This document shows positions 1 through 9,971 of a stretch of 38,194 bases of DNA, one piece after another. A program made the translations under genes and the position numbers. Below the pieces are notes generated by a model. It did no database searches, was not told where the DNA came from, and was given only the letters and a program-made list of their open reading frames with translations. The stretch lies in IMG/VR virus record IMGVR_UViG_3300040771_000130, positions 1-38,194 of that record. The stretch is one strand, 5' to 3'. Positions within the stretch are counted from its first letter, which is position 1; the number at the start of each line of letters is the position of its first letter. This DNA comes from a virus. Its lineage: Duplodnaviria; Heunggongvirae; Uroviricota; Caudoviricetes; Crassvirales.

Positions 1-2
1 AC

Positions 3-692
3 GGAACTATATCAGCAAGTCCAGCCACGTTATCAAATCAAGTAGTAGTTAAGTCTCAATTAGACGCTTCTGATAGTGGAAATGTTAAGCTGACAGGGAA
101 TCAATCTATTACAGGGATTAAAACATTTCAAAACGCTACAAGTGGTAACGGTTTAAATGTTACTAATTCTTCAACAGGTACGGGTTTTTTTATATTAAAT
201 TCTGGAAACGGGACTAGCTTAACTGCTAATACAACTGGCACGGGTTTAAATTTTGTGGGAGCTAATAACGGTGCGGTTACGTTTACTGTAGATAGATTAG
301 GATCAATTTTTTCCAGTTCATTGTCAGGAACAGGAACGCGTCTTGTAAGCGCAAGTTCTACAGGTCAATTAAGTGCTAGTAATTCTACTTTACTATACAC
401 AAATCAAACAATAACAGCAAATAAAACCGTTACAATTTCGGAATTTGTAAATAACAATGAGTTAATCTTAAGTGTAAACGCTACAAGCGGCAACATTACT
501 ATCACTTTACCAACTTTTACGGCTTTACAGGGATATAAATTAACTGTTAAAAAAATGGATAGTTCAGCTAATAGCGTATTAATTCAAAGCGTAGGCGGGG
601 TTAACATTGACGGAGCAAGTACATTAGTTGTTAGCGGTCAATACTCAAAAACAACAATAGGATCAAATTTATCACAATATATAATTCTATAA
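3..692 (+). CDS. Tail fibre / structural fibre protein, C-terminal part (5'-truncated by the window)
   Basis: The frame of ORF 255..692 is open from base 3 (GTISASPATLSNQVVVKSQLD...VKLTGNQSITGIKTF...). It is Ser/Thr/Gly/Asn-rich with fibre-type motifs (PATxxNQVVxKSQLD, GNQxIxGxKTF) and a C-terminal 'NATSGNITITLP...KKMDSSAN...IDG' module. Confidence 0.65.
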   Translation, partial: GTISASPATLSNQVVVKSQLDASDSGNVKLTGNQSITGIKTFQNATSGNGLNVTNSSTGTGFFILNSGNGTSLTANTTGTGLNFVGANNGAVTFTVDRLGSIFSSSLSGTGTRLVSASSTGQLSASNSTLLYTNQTITANKTVTISEFVNNNELILSVNATSGNITITLPTFTALQGYKLTVKKMDSSANSVLIQSVGGVNIDGASTLVVSGQYSKTTIGSNLSQYIIL

Positions 693-694
693 TT

Positions 695-1231
695 ATGGCA
701 CAATCAAGTCCAGACCCACGATTGATAGTAGTTAAGACTACGGCATTAAGCCTTTCAACATCTTGGCAGGAGTTAGTCTATAACGGCACTGAATCAGGTA
801 AAACAATGAATACCTACGGAAAAGATCCTATAAGCGGTAAGTTTATGTTTAATTACAATTCAACAACAAATTTATTCACTTATAACGATGTTTACCCACA
901 TAACTTTAATTTGTTATTTGAGTTCGAAACATTAAGTACAATTATAAGTACTAGGGCAACAATGCAGTTGAGGGTTCAAATACCAAACGGATTGGGTACA
1001 GGAGTACCTTTAAATTTCCCGTTTGAAAATCAAGGCGGTTTTACTGATGTTTACGATGTAACTTTGTTTAATACAAACTTTAAAAACAAACCTTTTACAT
1101 TGCCTCTTTATATTGGTGACGCATTAAAAGTAAATGGGTTTAAGATATTTGTAAGGTTAAGTAATGCTACATTAGGAGCAACATCAATAGAGTATTCATC
1201 ATTAAGTATTCAAGGAATAGCACGTAATTAA
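695..1231 (+). CDS. Hypothetical beta-rich structural or fibre-associated protein (178 aa)
   Basis: Starts 2 nt after the fibre stop codon, has a beta-strand-like pattern and lies between the fibre and holin genes. Confidence 0.5.
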   Translation: MAQSSPDPRLIVVKTTALSLSTSWQELVYNGTESGKTMNTYGKDPISGKFMFNYNSTTNLFTYNDVYPHNFNLLFEFETLSTIISTRATMQLRVQIPNGLGTGVPLNFPFENQGGFTDVYDVTLFNTNFKNKPFTLPLYIGDALKVNGFKIFVRLSNATLGATSIEYSSLSIQGIARN

Positions 1232-1267
1232 TTAAATAAATATAAAATATAATAAAATATAACTAAA

Positions 1268-1780
1268 ATGACAAACATAATGGATTATTTAACACCTCGA
1301 TCACTTTCAATAATAACAGTTTTACCTGTAATTCCAATTGTAAATGTAGTAGACTTAGTAAAAGTTGTACATATATTAATAGCTTTGTGGATTATAGATT
1401 TAGGAACAGGTTTAATTGCGTCTTATTTTTCATGGTTAAAAAACGCTCCAAAAGGTAAATACTTTTTTAGTGTATCAGGAAGCATATCAGGTGGTTTTTC
1501 AAGTGATAAATTTAAAAAAAGTTTTGTAAAAGGTATTATATATGCCGCTTTCCCATTAATTGTTTTAAAATTTCAACAAACTTTTTTAATTAAAAATATT
1601 AGTTTTAAACAGATTACTGATTCACAAGTTGATATTACAACAATTTGTATCTTAATATTTTGTGCTAATGAAATATTTTCAATATTTTGGGAAAATTTAC
1701 CTAAATGTGGAGTGAACATACCCAAAACAATTAAAAATCTAATATTAGGTGTTAAAGATATATCTAAAGAAAAAGAATAA
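1268..1780 (+). CDS. Holin (phage holin 4-1-like)
   Basis: Hydrophobic segments plus the motifs 'IDLGTG...SSDKFKK' and 'ANEIFSIFWENLPKCGVNIP'. It lies directly upstream of the endolysin. Confidence 0.7.
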   Translation: MTNIMDYLTPRSLSIITVLPVIPIVNVVDLVKVVHILIALWIIDLGTGLIASYFSWLKNAPKGKYFFSVSGSISGGFSSDKFKKSFVKGIIYAAFPLIVLKFQQTFLIKNISFKQITDSQVDITTICILIFCANEIFSIFWENLPKCGVNIPKTIKNLILGVKDISKEKE

Positions 1781-1782
1781 CT

Positions 1783-2319
1783 ATGATAACAGATAAACAA
1801 TATTTAAAATTAGCATCTGAGTTTAAAGTAGATATGTCATCTATTAAAGCTATAGACTCTGTAGAAAGTAACGGTGAAGGATTTGATTCTAAAACTGGTA
1901 AAATAAAAATACAGTTTGAACCTCATTATTTTAAAAAACTATCTAAAATAATTACAGGTTTATGGTCTACAAATAAAGTAGACGTACAAAATAAAGAATG
2001 GGAAGCTTTTAACGATGCTTTTAAATTAAACCCTAACAACGCTATGGAATCAGCTTCAATTGGTAGAATGCAAGTAATGGGTGTTCATTGGAAACGATTA
2101 GGTTTTAAATCAGTAGGTGATATGTGGGATTTTGCTAAAAAATCTGAAGCTAATCAACTATGGTTAGGTTTACAATTTATTGCTACAGATAAACGTTTGT
2201 ATACAGCTTTATTACAAAAAAATTGGAAAGAAGTTGCAAGGTTATATAATGGACCAAATTACTGGGTTAAAGGTTATGATAAAAAGTTACAGGAAGCTGA
2301 AATTAAATTTAGAAAATAA
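1783..2319 (+). CDS. Endolysin, N-acetylmuramidase (DUF3380-type)
   Basis: Motifs AIDSVESNGEGF, KIQFEPHYF, SASIGRMQVMG and ARLYNGPNY..GYD.KL. Confidence 0.9.
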   Translation: MITDKQYLKLASEFKVDMSSIKAIDSVESNGEGFDSKTGKIKIQFEPHYFKKLSKIITGLWSTNKVDVQNKEWEAFNDAFKLNPNNAMESASIGRMQVMGVHWKRLGFKSVGDMWDFAKKSEANQLWLGLQFIATDKRLYTALLQKNWKEVARLYNGPNYWVKGYDKKLQEAEIKFRK

Positions 2320-2948
2320 TGACAAATTTTAACAAACACATATCAACTCTATATATCATTATAGGGTTGTTATTGTTTGGTTTATTTATACAAAGTAAAC
2401 CAAGTAAAGATAATATAGTTTATAAAACTATAACAGTACCTGCAAAAGATGGTACATTTGTAAAAACTAAACCTGCAGAAATTAAATATGATACAATTAT
2501 AAGAGATACTATTGTTTATAAAGATAAAAAAATAATTATTGATAATACTGATAAAAAAATAGTAAATGATTATTTAGAAGCTAAAGATAGTATTGCAAAG
2601 TTAAATGTTGTAATTAATTCTTCTAAAATCAGAAGATATAAAGATCGTTTAGAAGATGATAGTATTGTAATAGATATTGAATCTGAAACAACTGGAACAT
2701 TAAATTGGATTAAACCTAGTTACAAAATTAAAGAACAAAAACTATCTATACCAGTAATTACTAAAAATACAGTATTTGCAGTATATGTAGGTGGTGGTAT
2801 TTCAAATAATTTACAATTTAACAATTTTGCTTTAGAAGGTAATTTAGGAATTCAAAATAAAAAAGGTGATATTATATCTGTAGGATATGATACTCAAAAG
2901 AATATTTCATTAAAATATTCAGTAAGATTAATAAATATTAAAAAATAA
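2319..2948 (+). CDS. Spanin-like lysis accessory protein (N-terminal TM helix, C-terminal amphipathic beta strands)
   Basis: N-terminal TM (LYIIIGLLLFGLFI), start overlapping the endolysin stop codon, third gene of the lysis cassette. Confidence 0.5.
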   Translation: MTNFNKHISTLYIIIGLLLFGLFIQSKPSKDNIVYKTITVPAKDGTFVKTKPAEIKYDTIIRDTIVYKDKKIIIDNTDKKIVNDYLEAKDSIAKLNVVINSSKIRRYKDRLEDDSIVIDIESETTGTLNWIKPSYKIKEQKLSIPVITKNTVFAVYVGGGISNNLQFNNFALEGNLGIQNKKGDIISVGYDTQKNISLKYSVRLINIKK

Positions 2949-2969
2949 TATAAAATAAAGTTACTTTTA

Positions 2970-3001
2970 TTTGGATTTAACAAATAAATTTATTATCTTT
3001 G
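2970..3001 (+). promoter_or_regulatory. Bacteroidota sigma70-type promoter (-33 TTTG, -7 TATCTTTG)
   Basis: TTTG at 2970-2973, a 20-nt spacer, and TATCTTTG at 2994-3001 matching the TAnnTTTG consensus. Confidence 0.75.
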
Positions 3002-3024
3002 TATTATTAATCAATATATTATAT

Positions 3025-3963
3025 ATGAAATTATTAGAAATTAAAGAATTTTTACGAAATAAAAAAGGTTATTTAAAATTTGGAAAACACGCATTAGCTA
3101 ATCAATTAAAGATTAAAGACTTTGATTTATGTGAACAAGCTATTCGAGAAGTTAAAGCTGAATTGAGAAGTTATATACCAGGTATTACTACGCAACCTAA
3201 ACAAACTAATTTTAATATGTCAAATCTTAATAGAAATGATGTATTTAAAAATGCATTTTTTGACAATAGTAATTATGAGCAAAAAGCAATTGATGTTTTT
3301 AAAAAAGCTAAAACTGGTAAAAATGTTTTAGTTATTGGTGATTTACATGAACCATTTTGTTTAGACGGTTATTTAGAACATTGTTTAGAAACTTATCATA
3401 AATATAAATGTAATGAAGCTGTATTTATAGGCGATATAATAGACAACCATGCAAGTTCATATCACGAAACTGACCCTGATGGACATAGTGCAGGACAAGA
3501 ACTTAAACTTGCAATACAACGTATTAAACAATGGTATAATGCTTTTCCAAAAGCAACTGTAATTATTGGTAATCACGATAGATTAATAATGCGTAAAGCT
3601 TATTCAAGTGGTTTATCTAAAATGTGGATTAAAGGTTATGCTGAAGTATTAGGTACACCAGGATGGACTTTTACAGAATCAATTGAAATTGATGATGTAT
3701 TGTATATTCACGGTGAAGGTGGTACAGCAAGAGCTAGAGTTCGTAGAGATTTACAATCTGTAGTTCAAGGACATTTACATAGTCAAGCATATATTGATTG
3801 GTGTGTAGGAGCTAAATTTAAACTATTTGGAATGCAAGTTGGATGTGGAGTTGATAATAAAGCTTATGCTATGGCATATGGTAAAGAAGGTCCTAAACCT
3901 GCAATAGCATGTGGTGTAGTACTTCAAGGAGAAGTTCCAATAAATATAATGATGAATTTGTAA
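3025..3963 (+). CDS. Calcineurin-like metallophosphoesterase
   Basis: Motifs GDLHEPF, GDIIDNH, GNHD, IHG and QGHLH. The likely start is ATG 3025 (MKLLEIK), downstream of the promoter, rather than TTG 2971. Confidence 0.85.
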   Translation: MKLLEIKEFLRNKKGYLKFGKHALANQLKIKDFDLCEQAIREVKAELRSYIPGITTQPKQTNFNMSNLNRNDVFKNAFFDNSNYEQKAIDVFKKAKTGKNVLVIGDLHEPFCLDGYLEHCLETYHKYKCNEAVFIGDIIDNHASSYHETDPDGHSAGQELKLAIQRIKQWYNAFPKATVIIGNHDRLIMRKAYSSGLSKMWIKGYAEVLGTPGWTFTESIEIDDVLYIHGEGGTARARVRRDLQSVVQGHLHSQAYIDWCVGAKFKLFGMQVGCGVDNKAYAMAYGKEGPKPAIACGVVLQGEVPINIMMNL

Positions 3964-3973
3964 TAACAAACAT

Positions 3974-4004
3974 AACCCCAGCCATAATGGTGTGGGGTTT
4001 TTTT
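3974..4004 (+). terminator. Rho-independent terminator
   Basis: AACCCCA-GCCA-TAA-TGGTG-TGGGGTT hairpin followed by a T-tract, just after the phosphoesterase stop codon. Confidence 0.75.
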
Positions 4005-4016
4005 ATACTAAATAAT

Positions 4017-4697
4017 ATGAAAATCTCAAAAATGATATACGACGTTAGAACAGCTATTCGAGATACTGTTGATGACAGTCGTTTTTCAGATAGATACATA
4101 ATCTATCTTTACAATTTAAAACGTAGTAAATATCTACGTAATGATGCAAATAATTTACAAAGATTAGTTGATACTTCTATCTTACAAAAATTTTGTATGG
4201 AAATGGAAGAAGTATCAGTCGATGAATGTAGTTTAGAGTACGATTGCGGGACAATAATGCGTACAAAAGGTATTATACCCATTCCATTAGAATTACATCT
4301 TAAATCAGCTATAACAGAGGTTAAACCATCTGTTAAAATTACTAAACCTTTTAACTTTGTAAATAAAGAACGTGCTGTATGGAGTCAGTACTCACCATTT
4401 GGTGATTCAATATATTCGTTTTTAGATGTAGATAACTACATTTATTTAATTAGTAAATCTGAAACAGTTAAATTAATTGATTGTATTACAGTTACTGGAA
4501 TATTTGAAGACCCTTTAGAATTACAAAATTATAAAAATTGTTGTAACTGTAATGATGTAAAACCTTGTTTTGATGAAGATACTACAGAATATCCATTGCA
4601 AGCACATCACATTGACAACATACGTAACGAAATTATACAATCTCTTATTGGTTCATTAAATGTGCCAGAAGATAAAATAAATGATAGTAATGATTAA
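4017..4697 (+). CDS. crAss-like tail ring (tubular) protein
   Basis: Likely start is ATG 4017 (MKISKMIYDVR), within ORF 3909..4697. Size and position (ring, IHF-like, ring, muzzle) match the crAss-like tail module. Confidence 0.55.
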   Translation: MKISKMIYDVRTAIRDTVDDSRFSDRYIIYLYNLKRSKYLRNDANNLQRLVDTSILQKFCMEMEEVSVDECSLEYDCGTIMRTKGIIPIPLELHLKSAITEVKPSVKITKPFNFVNKERAVWSQYSPFGDSIYSFLDVDNYIYLISKSETVKLIDCITVTGIFEDPLELQNYKNCCNCNDVKPCFDEDTTEYPLQAHHIDNIRNEIIQSLIGSLNVPEDKINDSND

Positions 4698-5202
4698 CAT
4701 TAGATCTGAAGGTAAAATAAATAGTCATTTTGGTATTAAAGATTATTATGATTATTATAAATCTAAATCTAGAGAACCTAAATCTAAAACTTCATTTGAC
4801 AAAGTAGTTTATGATTTTAACAAAAGAATCGTAGAAAGTATTATTAATGAAGGTTTAGAATTTACACCTGTTAAAGCTAAATTTACTTTTTGTATTCGTA
4901 AAAATAAACGAGGTATTAAATTAGTAGATAATAAAGTTGTAAATACTCACCCAATTGATTGGAAAACTACTACTCAACTTTGGGAAAGCGATAAAGAAGC
5001 TAGAGATAAGAAATTAATAATTAGATTTTTAAACAATCATACTTCTAAATATGTATTTAGAATATTAATGTTAAAGGGTAAAGGTGTTTATTTAAATAAA
5101 AAGTATTTTAGATACAAACCACCAAGATCTTTTCAAAGAGCTTTAGCTAAAAGAATATTAAATCCAGATTTAGAAAATTATGAAGCATATAAACAATATT
5201 AA
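4690..5202 (+). CDS. crAss-like IHF/HU-related basic DNA-binding protein
   Basis: Basic protein with 'IVESIINEGLEF...FTFCIRK...HPIDWKTT..LW'. Its position matches the conserved crAss-like IHF-like gene. Start is 4681 or 4690. Confidence 0.55.
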   Translation: MINIRSEGKINSHFGIKDYYDYYKSKSREPKSKTSFDKVVYDFNKRIVESIINEGLEFTPVKAKFTFCIRKNKRGIKLVDNKVVNTHPIDWKTTTQLWESDKEARDKKLIIRFLNNHTSKYVFRILMLKGKGVYLNKKYFRYKPPRSFQRALAKRILNPDLENYEAYKQY

Positions 5203-5211
5203 ATATAAATA

Positions 5212-5922
5212 ATGATAACAGGAAAAACAGTAAGTGTTGGTAATATTTTATGGAAAGTATTAAAACAACCAATTGTTCAAGATTTAAAATACGAGGATGC
5301 TGCAGAATATGCTATTGAATATTTAAGACTAATTGGTTCAGCTTTATCATCTGAAGATAAAGTTGATAAAGTTCAATTAAATAATTATAAAGCAGTATTA
5401 CCTGCAAATTTAATAAGTTTAAAAGGTATTAAATACTCACAAGAAGAATGTTCTAGCGGTATTGCAATGAGATACGCTAGTGATATATATCATACTAATA
5501 TTGATAATGATAACAATTGTGATTTTCAAGAATATACATATATTACTCAAAATAATGTAATAACTTCTTCTATTAAAGATGGTTGGTTAGAAATAGCATA
5601 TAGTGGAATTGCGGTAGATGAATTTGGTTATCCATTAATACCTGATAATGAATCATTCAAAGTAGCTTTAGAATACTATATTATTCACAGAACTTTAGAA
5701 GGTTTATGGTCAATGGGTAAAATTACAGATAAAGTATTTCAATATTATGAACAAAAACGTCATTTTTATTCTGCACAAGCTACAAATTCTATGCAAATTA
5801 AAAATATGGATCAAATGGAAACAATGTTTAACGCTATTAACCGTATGATTATAGATGTTAATCCACAACAAACTTTTTACAAAAACTTTGGAAATAAAGA
5901 AGTTATAACAAGACATAATTAA
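5212..5922 (+). CDS. crAss-like tail tubular / ring protein 1
   Basis: 236-aa gene directly upstream of the muzzle gene, with 'YITQNNVITSSIKDGWLEIAY...DEFGYPLIPDNESF..ALEYYI'. Confidence 0.6.
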   Translation: MITGKTVSVGNILWKVLKQPIVQDLKYEDAAEYAIEYLRLIGSALSSEDKVDKVQLNNYKAVLPANLISLKGIKYSQEECSSGIAMRYASDIYHTNIDNDNNCDFQEYTYITQNNVITSSIKDGWLEIAYSGIAVDEFGYPLIPDNESFKVALEYYIIHRTLEGLWSMGKITDKVFQYYEQKRHFYSAQATNSMQIKNMDQMETMFNAINRMIIDVNPQQTFYKNFGNKEVITRHN

Positions 5923-5927
5923 AATAC

Positions 5928-8900
5928 ATGGAAAACAAAAATGTAAAACATTCTTATAATGGAATGCAACAAGATACTACACAATCTCAATTTCCACAAA
6001 ACTTTTATTTTGAAGGTCGCAATATACGTATTAATTCTACAAATTTACAGAGTACTAATTCTGTAACAAATGAAAAGGGTAATAGTTTAATTTTAAAAAT
6101 ACCTACACCTGTAATTAACAACGCAAATCCAAATCTAAAAAAGATAGTTTATAATAATAAAGAACTTGTTTATAAAAATATTGAAATAGATGATTTACCT
6201 GTAAGTGGGGAACAAGTGATTATTGGTAATTCTAATAGTAGAGATGCTTTAATTTTATTTACTACCGATAATAGTGGATTTGATTGTATTTGGAAAATGA
6301 ATTATGAAAGTTATGATTTAACTCTATTGTATGTCAGAAACATGCAATTTTCTAAAAATAATCCAATACAAACAATTAATAATTTTGAAAATAAAAATAT
6401 TGATAAAGTATATTGGGTTGATTCAAATTCTCAAACAAGGTTTATTAACATAAATCATTCTATTGAAAATAAAGATTTTGAAGAATTAATAGACATTCCA
6501 GTAGGTGTTATAGATATGGTTGGTAAATATGATTTAAGTCAACCTATTATAACAGATATAACATCTGGCGGTAATCATACGTCTGGTATGATACAGTATG
6601 CTTATAATTTGTATCGTTTAAACTCATTTCAGACAAAAATAAGTCCTTTAAGTAAGTTAGTACCACTGGCTAAAGGATCATCTGGTGGTGGAGCTTTAAA
6701 TGAGTCAGTAGGATCATTACCAATTGTAAAAATTAATAATATTGATCCAAAATATACCAATATTAAAGTTTACGCTATAAAGTATACATCTTATAATGAA
6801 ATACCGTCTATTGGTTTAATTGAAGATAAAATTATCCCTGATAATAAAAATATAGAAATATTTGATGACGGTTCTGTAATAAGTACTGTTTCATTAGAAG
6901 AATTTTTATTTTTAGGTTCTGATGTTGTGATACCTAGACATATTGAAAGTAAAGATAATAGATTGTTTTTAGCTAATTATAAAGAAATAAATTTTAATAT
7001 AAATTTAGACACTAGAGCATATAGTTTTCCTTTATTTTCAAATTCAACACTTATTTATAAAGGTTTGTTTTTAGACGATAACTCACCAAGTGGAACACCT
7101 TTTACTGTAGTTGGTGATTATAATGTAGAAGAAACTCACGATAGTGTAAATCTAAATTATAACATGAATAGATACCAATACAACAGTTCTGTTATTGGTG
7201 GAGAAGGTAAATATCTAAAATACACTTTACTTCAAAATAATGTATATAATCCAAATAACAAATATTTTAAAGATGATGAAATATATAGATTAGGTGTAGT
7301 TTTTTACAATAAATATGGTCAAAAGTCGCTACCTAAATGGATTTCTGATTTTAAAAGTAATGCTGGTAATCTAAAAAATAATTATAATACTTTAAAAGTT
7401 GAATTTAAACCTGAATTTTTAGTTTGGTTGAATACAAGTTCTAATTTTGAAACAGAATATGATATACCAGTAGGTTATAAAATTGTAATTGCTGAAAGAA
7501 CTATTCGCGATAAAACTATTGTTGCAAATGGTTTCATAACACCAATGATGGTTAATTATAAAACTACAAATCAAAATGCCAATTCAGTATTTGCAGCAGA
7601 TAAAACTATTGCAGATACATTACCTAAACTACCAAATATATTAGCTAGAAATTGTACAACAACTACAAATTTATACGGTAATACTAAACCGTTAAAAAGA
7701 TGTAAACATCTTGAAACTATTCAAGGTAATCCAAGAAACCCAGATTCGGAAATTCAATCAGCTTTTACTTTAGATAAAGATACTTCAGGTAAGTTTTTTC
7801 AGTACAATTCAATGATGCAAATGTATTCACCAGAAGTTTTATTTGGAGAAAGTGTATCATTAACAGAAGGTTTAATATTTAAAGTAAAAGGTGCTATCAC
7901 TAATACTGATAATAATGCTTGGAGAAAAGTTTTAGATCCTGATGATTTAGGTATTTTTAATGAAGGTAAAGCTAAAGGAGGTTTGTCTTCATATTATTCT
8001 ACATTTAAAGAATCTATTGTAAATGACGTAAATCAAGGGTTTGATCACGGATTGTTTGCTCATCCAAGTGGTGGAGATGTTAATAAAACAATGCATACAG
8101 TATTTTATAGAGTTTATTCAAACACTCCAAATAATTTTAGTAATAATAGTTTAATATTTAAAACACCTGTTAATTCTACAATAGATTATGAATTATATGG
8201 TAAACCTGAATTTACTGAAAAAGGTCAATCATTTACAACTTATAATAATGACCCTAAATATAGATATACAAATTCTTTAGAGAGTTTCTATTCAGATGGG
8301 GATTCGGGTTTTAATGAAGATGGTTTATATGGTAGAAGAATAGTTTCTGTAAACAATTATGGAAATAGATGTTTAACATTTGTTTTGGGTAAAAATCCAC
8401 AAATTGCTCATTTTAATAGAGTTAAATTAGAAAATCTTTTAACAAATTCTTCAATAACAGGTGATAATTACGGAATTATTGGCGAGTTTATTAAAACAAA
8501 TGCTGAAATATATTTAGGTAACATTTATGGTGGAAATACTTTTGAAGATAAAAAACGAACTAACTATATTGAAATAGGTGATTATATAACTTTTAATACT
8601 AATTCTTTGATTTCAGATTTATCATTAACAATAGATTCTCCTGGAGATACATTTGTTAATAATTTTAAATTTTTAAGAATTACAAACACAGACATTGAAG
8701 GTATTAAACAAGGTGTTATTAAATACCAGGAAATTGTTGAAGTATTGTGTGAGACCACTGTAGATTTGAAAAATAGAAATGACATTAGTCCTAACAATTG
8801 GGACTCTAGGTTTTTATATCAAGATACAGATTATCATAAATATAACAGAGTTTATTCTCAAAACTCTAATTTAGTTAGAGTTAGAGATATTAATTATAAT

Positions 8901-9971
8901 GTTAAAAAGTTAAATTTTTTCGATACTAACATTATTTCTAGTAAATTAAAATTACCAGGAGAGTTAATTGATAGTTGGACTGATATTTTACAAAACGAAG
9001 TATTAACTTTAGATGGTAAATACGGCTCTATAAATAATTTAGTAAATTTTAACGATCAAATCTATGGTATTCAAGATAGAGCGTTCACTTTTATATCTAT
9101 AAATCCCAGAATTCAAATACAAGGTGATGATGGTATATCTGTAGAATTAGGTACAGGTTCAGTCTTACAAGAGTATAAATATATAAATACTAAAAGTGGT
9201 TCTGTAAACAAATGGGGTACAGTATCTACATCTAACGGTATTTATTATTATGATTTGTTAAATAAATCTTTAATGGTGTTTAATGGTCAAATAAATAATC
9301 TTTCTAATTCTAAAGGTTTACATTCTTATTTTACTAATAATTCAGTATTACAGGATTTAAAGATAGACAACCCATTAATTAAAAAAGGAGTATCTTGTGG
9401 TTATGACCAAATTAATAACGATGTGTTTATGACATTCCATCAAAATGCAAAGAATTTTACTATTTCATATAATCAAGATAGAAATCAATTTATATCATTT
9501 TATGATTATTTACCAAGTATGTATATTAATAATGGTCAATACTTTATTACTACTAATCCAGACATAACTTCTGTATACAGACAGTATGATGGTGATTATA
9601 ACAAATTTTATGGTCAGAATTATCCATCATTAATTACTTTAAATGTTAATCCTGAGGCAAATCTAGATACCGTATTTGACAACATAATGTATAAATCGGA
9701 AATTTATTTAAATGATATTGACCAGTCTGATAAAACATTAACTAAAGTTAGATTGTATAATGAATATCAAGATTCAGGTATAATACCTTTAGTAGTTGGT
9801 AGAAATTCAAATCTTAGAAGAAAATTTAGAGATTGGAATGCTATCTTACCACGTAATCAAGGTTCTAGAGAAAGAATTAGAAATCCTTGGGTTAAATTAG
9901 TATTACAGTTTGATAATACTTCTAATTATAAGTTAATACTTCACGATGTTTATGTAAATTATAGCGTATGA
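5928..9971 (+). CDS. Tail stabilization / muzzle protein (1347 aa)
   Basis: Size, position and motifs (YFKDDEIYRLGVVFYNKYG, YGGNT..KRTNYIEIG, GELIDSWT, FISFYDYLP, RERIRNPW) are typical of the crAss-like muzzle. Confidence 0.75.
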   Translation: MENKNVKHSYNGMQQDTTQSQFPQNFYFEGRNIRINSTNLQSTNSVTNEKGNSLILKIPTPVINNANPNLKKIVYNNKELVYKNIEIDDLPVSGEQVIIGNSNSRDALILFTTDNSGFDCIWKMNYESYDLTLLYVRNMQFSKNNPIQTINNFENKNIDKVYWVDSNSQTRFININHSIENKDFEELIDIPVGVIDMVGKYDLSQPIITDITSGGNHTSGMIQYAYNLYRLNSFQTKISPLSKLVPLAKGSSGGGALNESVGSLPIVKINNIDPKYTNIKVYAIKYTSYNEIPSIGLIEDKIIPDNKNIEIFDDGSVISTVSLEEFLFLGSDVVIPRHIESKDNRLFLANYKEINFNINLDTRAYSFPLFSNSTLIYKGLFLDDNSPSGTPFTVVGDYNVEETHDSVNLNYNMNRYQYNSSVIGGEGKYLKYTLLQNNVYNPNNKYFKDDEIYRLGVVFYNKYGQKSLPKWISDFKSNAGNLKNNYNTLKVEFKPEFLVWLNTSSNFETEYDIPVGYKIVIAERTIRDKTIVANGFITPMMVNYKTTNQNANSVFAADKTIADTLPKLPNILARNCTTTTNLYGNTKPLKRCKHLETIQGNPRNPDSEIQSAFTLDKDTSGKFFQYNSMMQMYSPEVLFGESVSLTEGLIFKVKGAITNTDNNAWRKVLDPDDLGIFNEGKAKGGLSSYYSTFKESIVNDVNQGFDHGLFAHPSGGDVNKTMHTVFYRVYSNTPNNFSNNSLIFKTPVNSTIDYELYGKPEFTEKGQSFTTYNNDPKYRYTNSLESFYSDGDSGFNEDGLYGRRIVSVNNYGNRCLTFVLGKNPQIAHFNRVKLENLLTNSSITGDNYGIIGEFIKTNAEIYLGNIYGGNTFEDKKRTNYIEIGDYITFNTNSLISDLSLTIDSPGDTFVNNFKFLRITNTDIEGIKQGVIKYQEIVEVLCETTVDLKNRNDISPNNWDSRFLYQDTDYHKYNRVYSQNSNLVRVRDINYNVKKLNFFDTNIISSKLKLPGELIDSWTDILQNEVLTLDGKYGSINNLVNFNDQIYGIQDRAFTFISINPRIQIQGDDGISVELGTGSVLQEYKYINTKSGSVNKWGTVSTSNGIYYYDLLNKSLMVFNGQINNLSNSKGLHSYFTNNSVLQDLKIDNPLIKKGVSCGYDQINNDVFMTFHQNAKNFTISYNQDRNQFISFYDYLPSMYINNGQYFITTNPDITSVYRQYDGDYNKFYGQNYPSLITLNVNPEANLDTVFDNIMYKSEIYLNDIDQSDKTLTKVRLYNEYQDSGIIPLVVGRNSNLRRKFRDWNAILPRNQGSRERIRNPWVKLVLQFDNTSNYKLILHDVYVNYSV

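Noticed and set aside
2971-3024. Extended N-termini of ORFs 2971..3963 and 3909..4697
   Set aside because: The extensions run through the promoter (2970-3001) and the terminator (3974-4004) respectively. ATG 3025 and ATG 4017 are more plausible starts.
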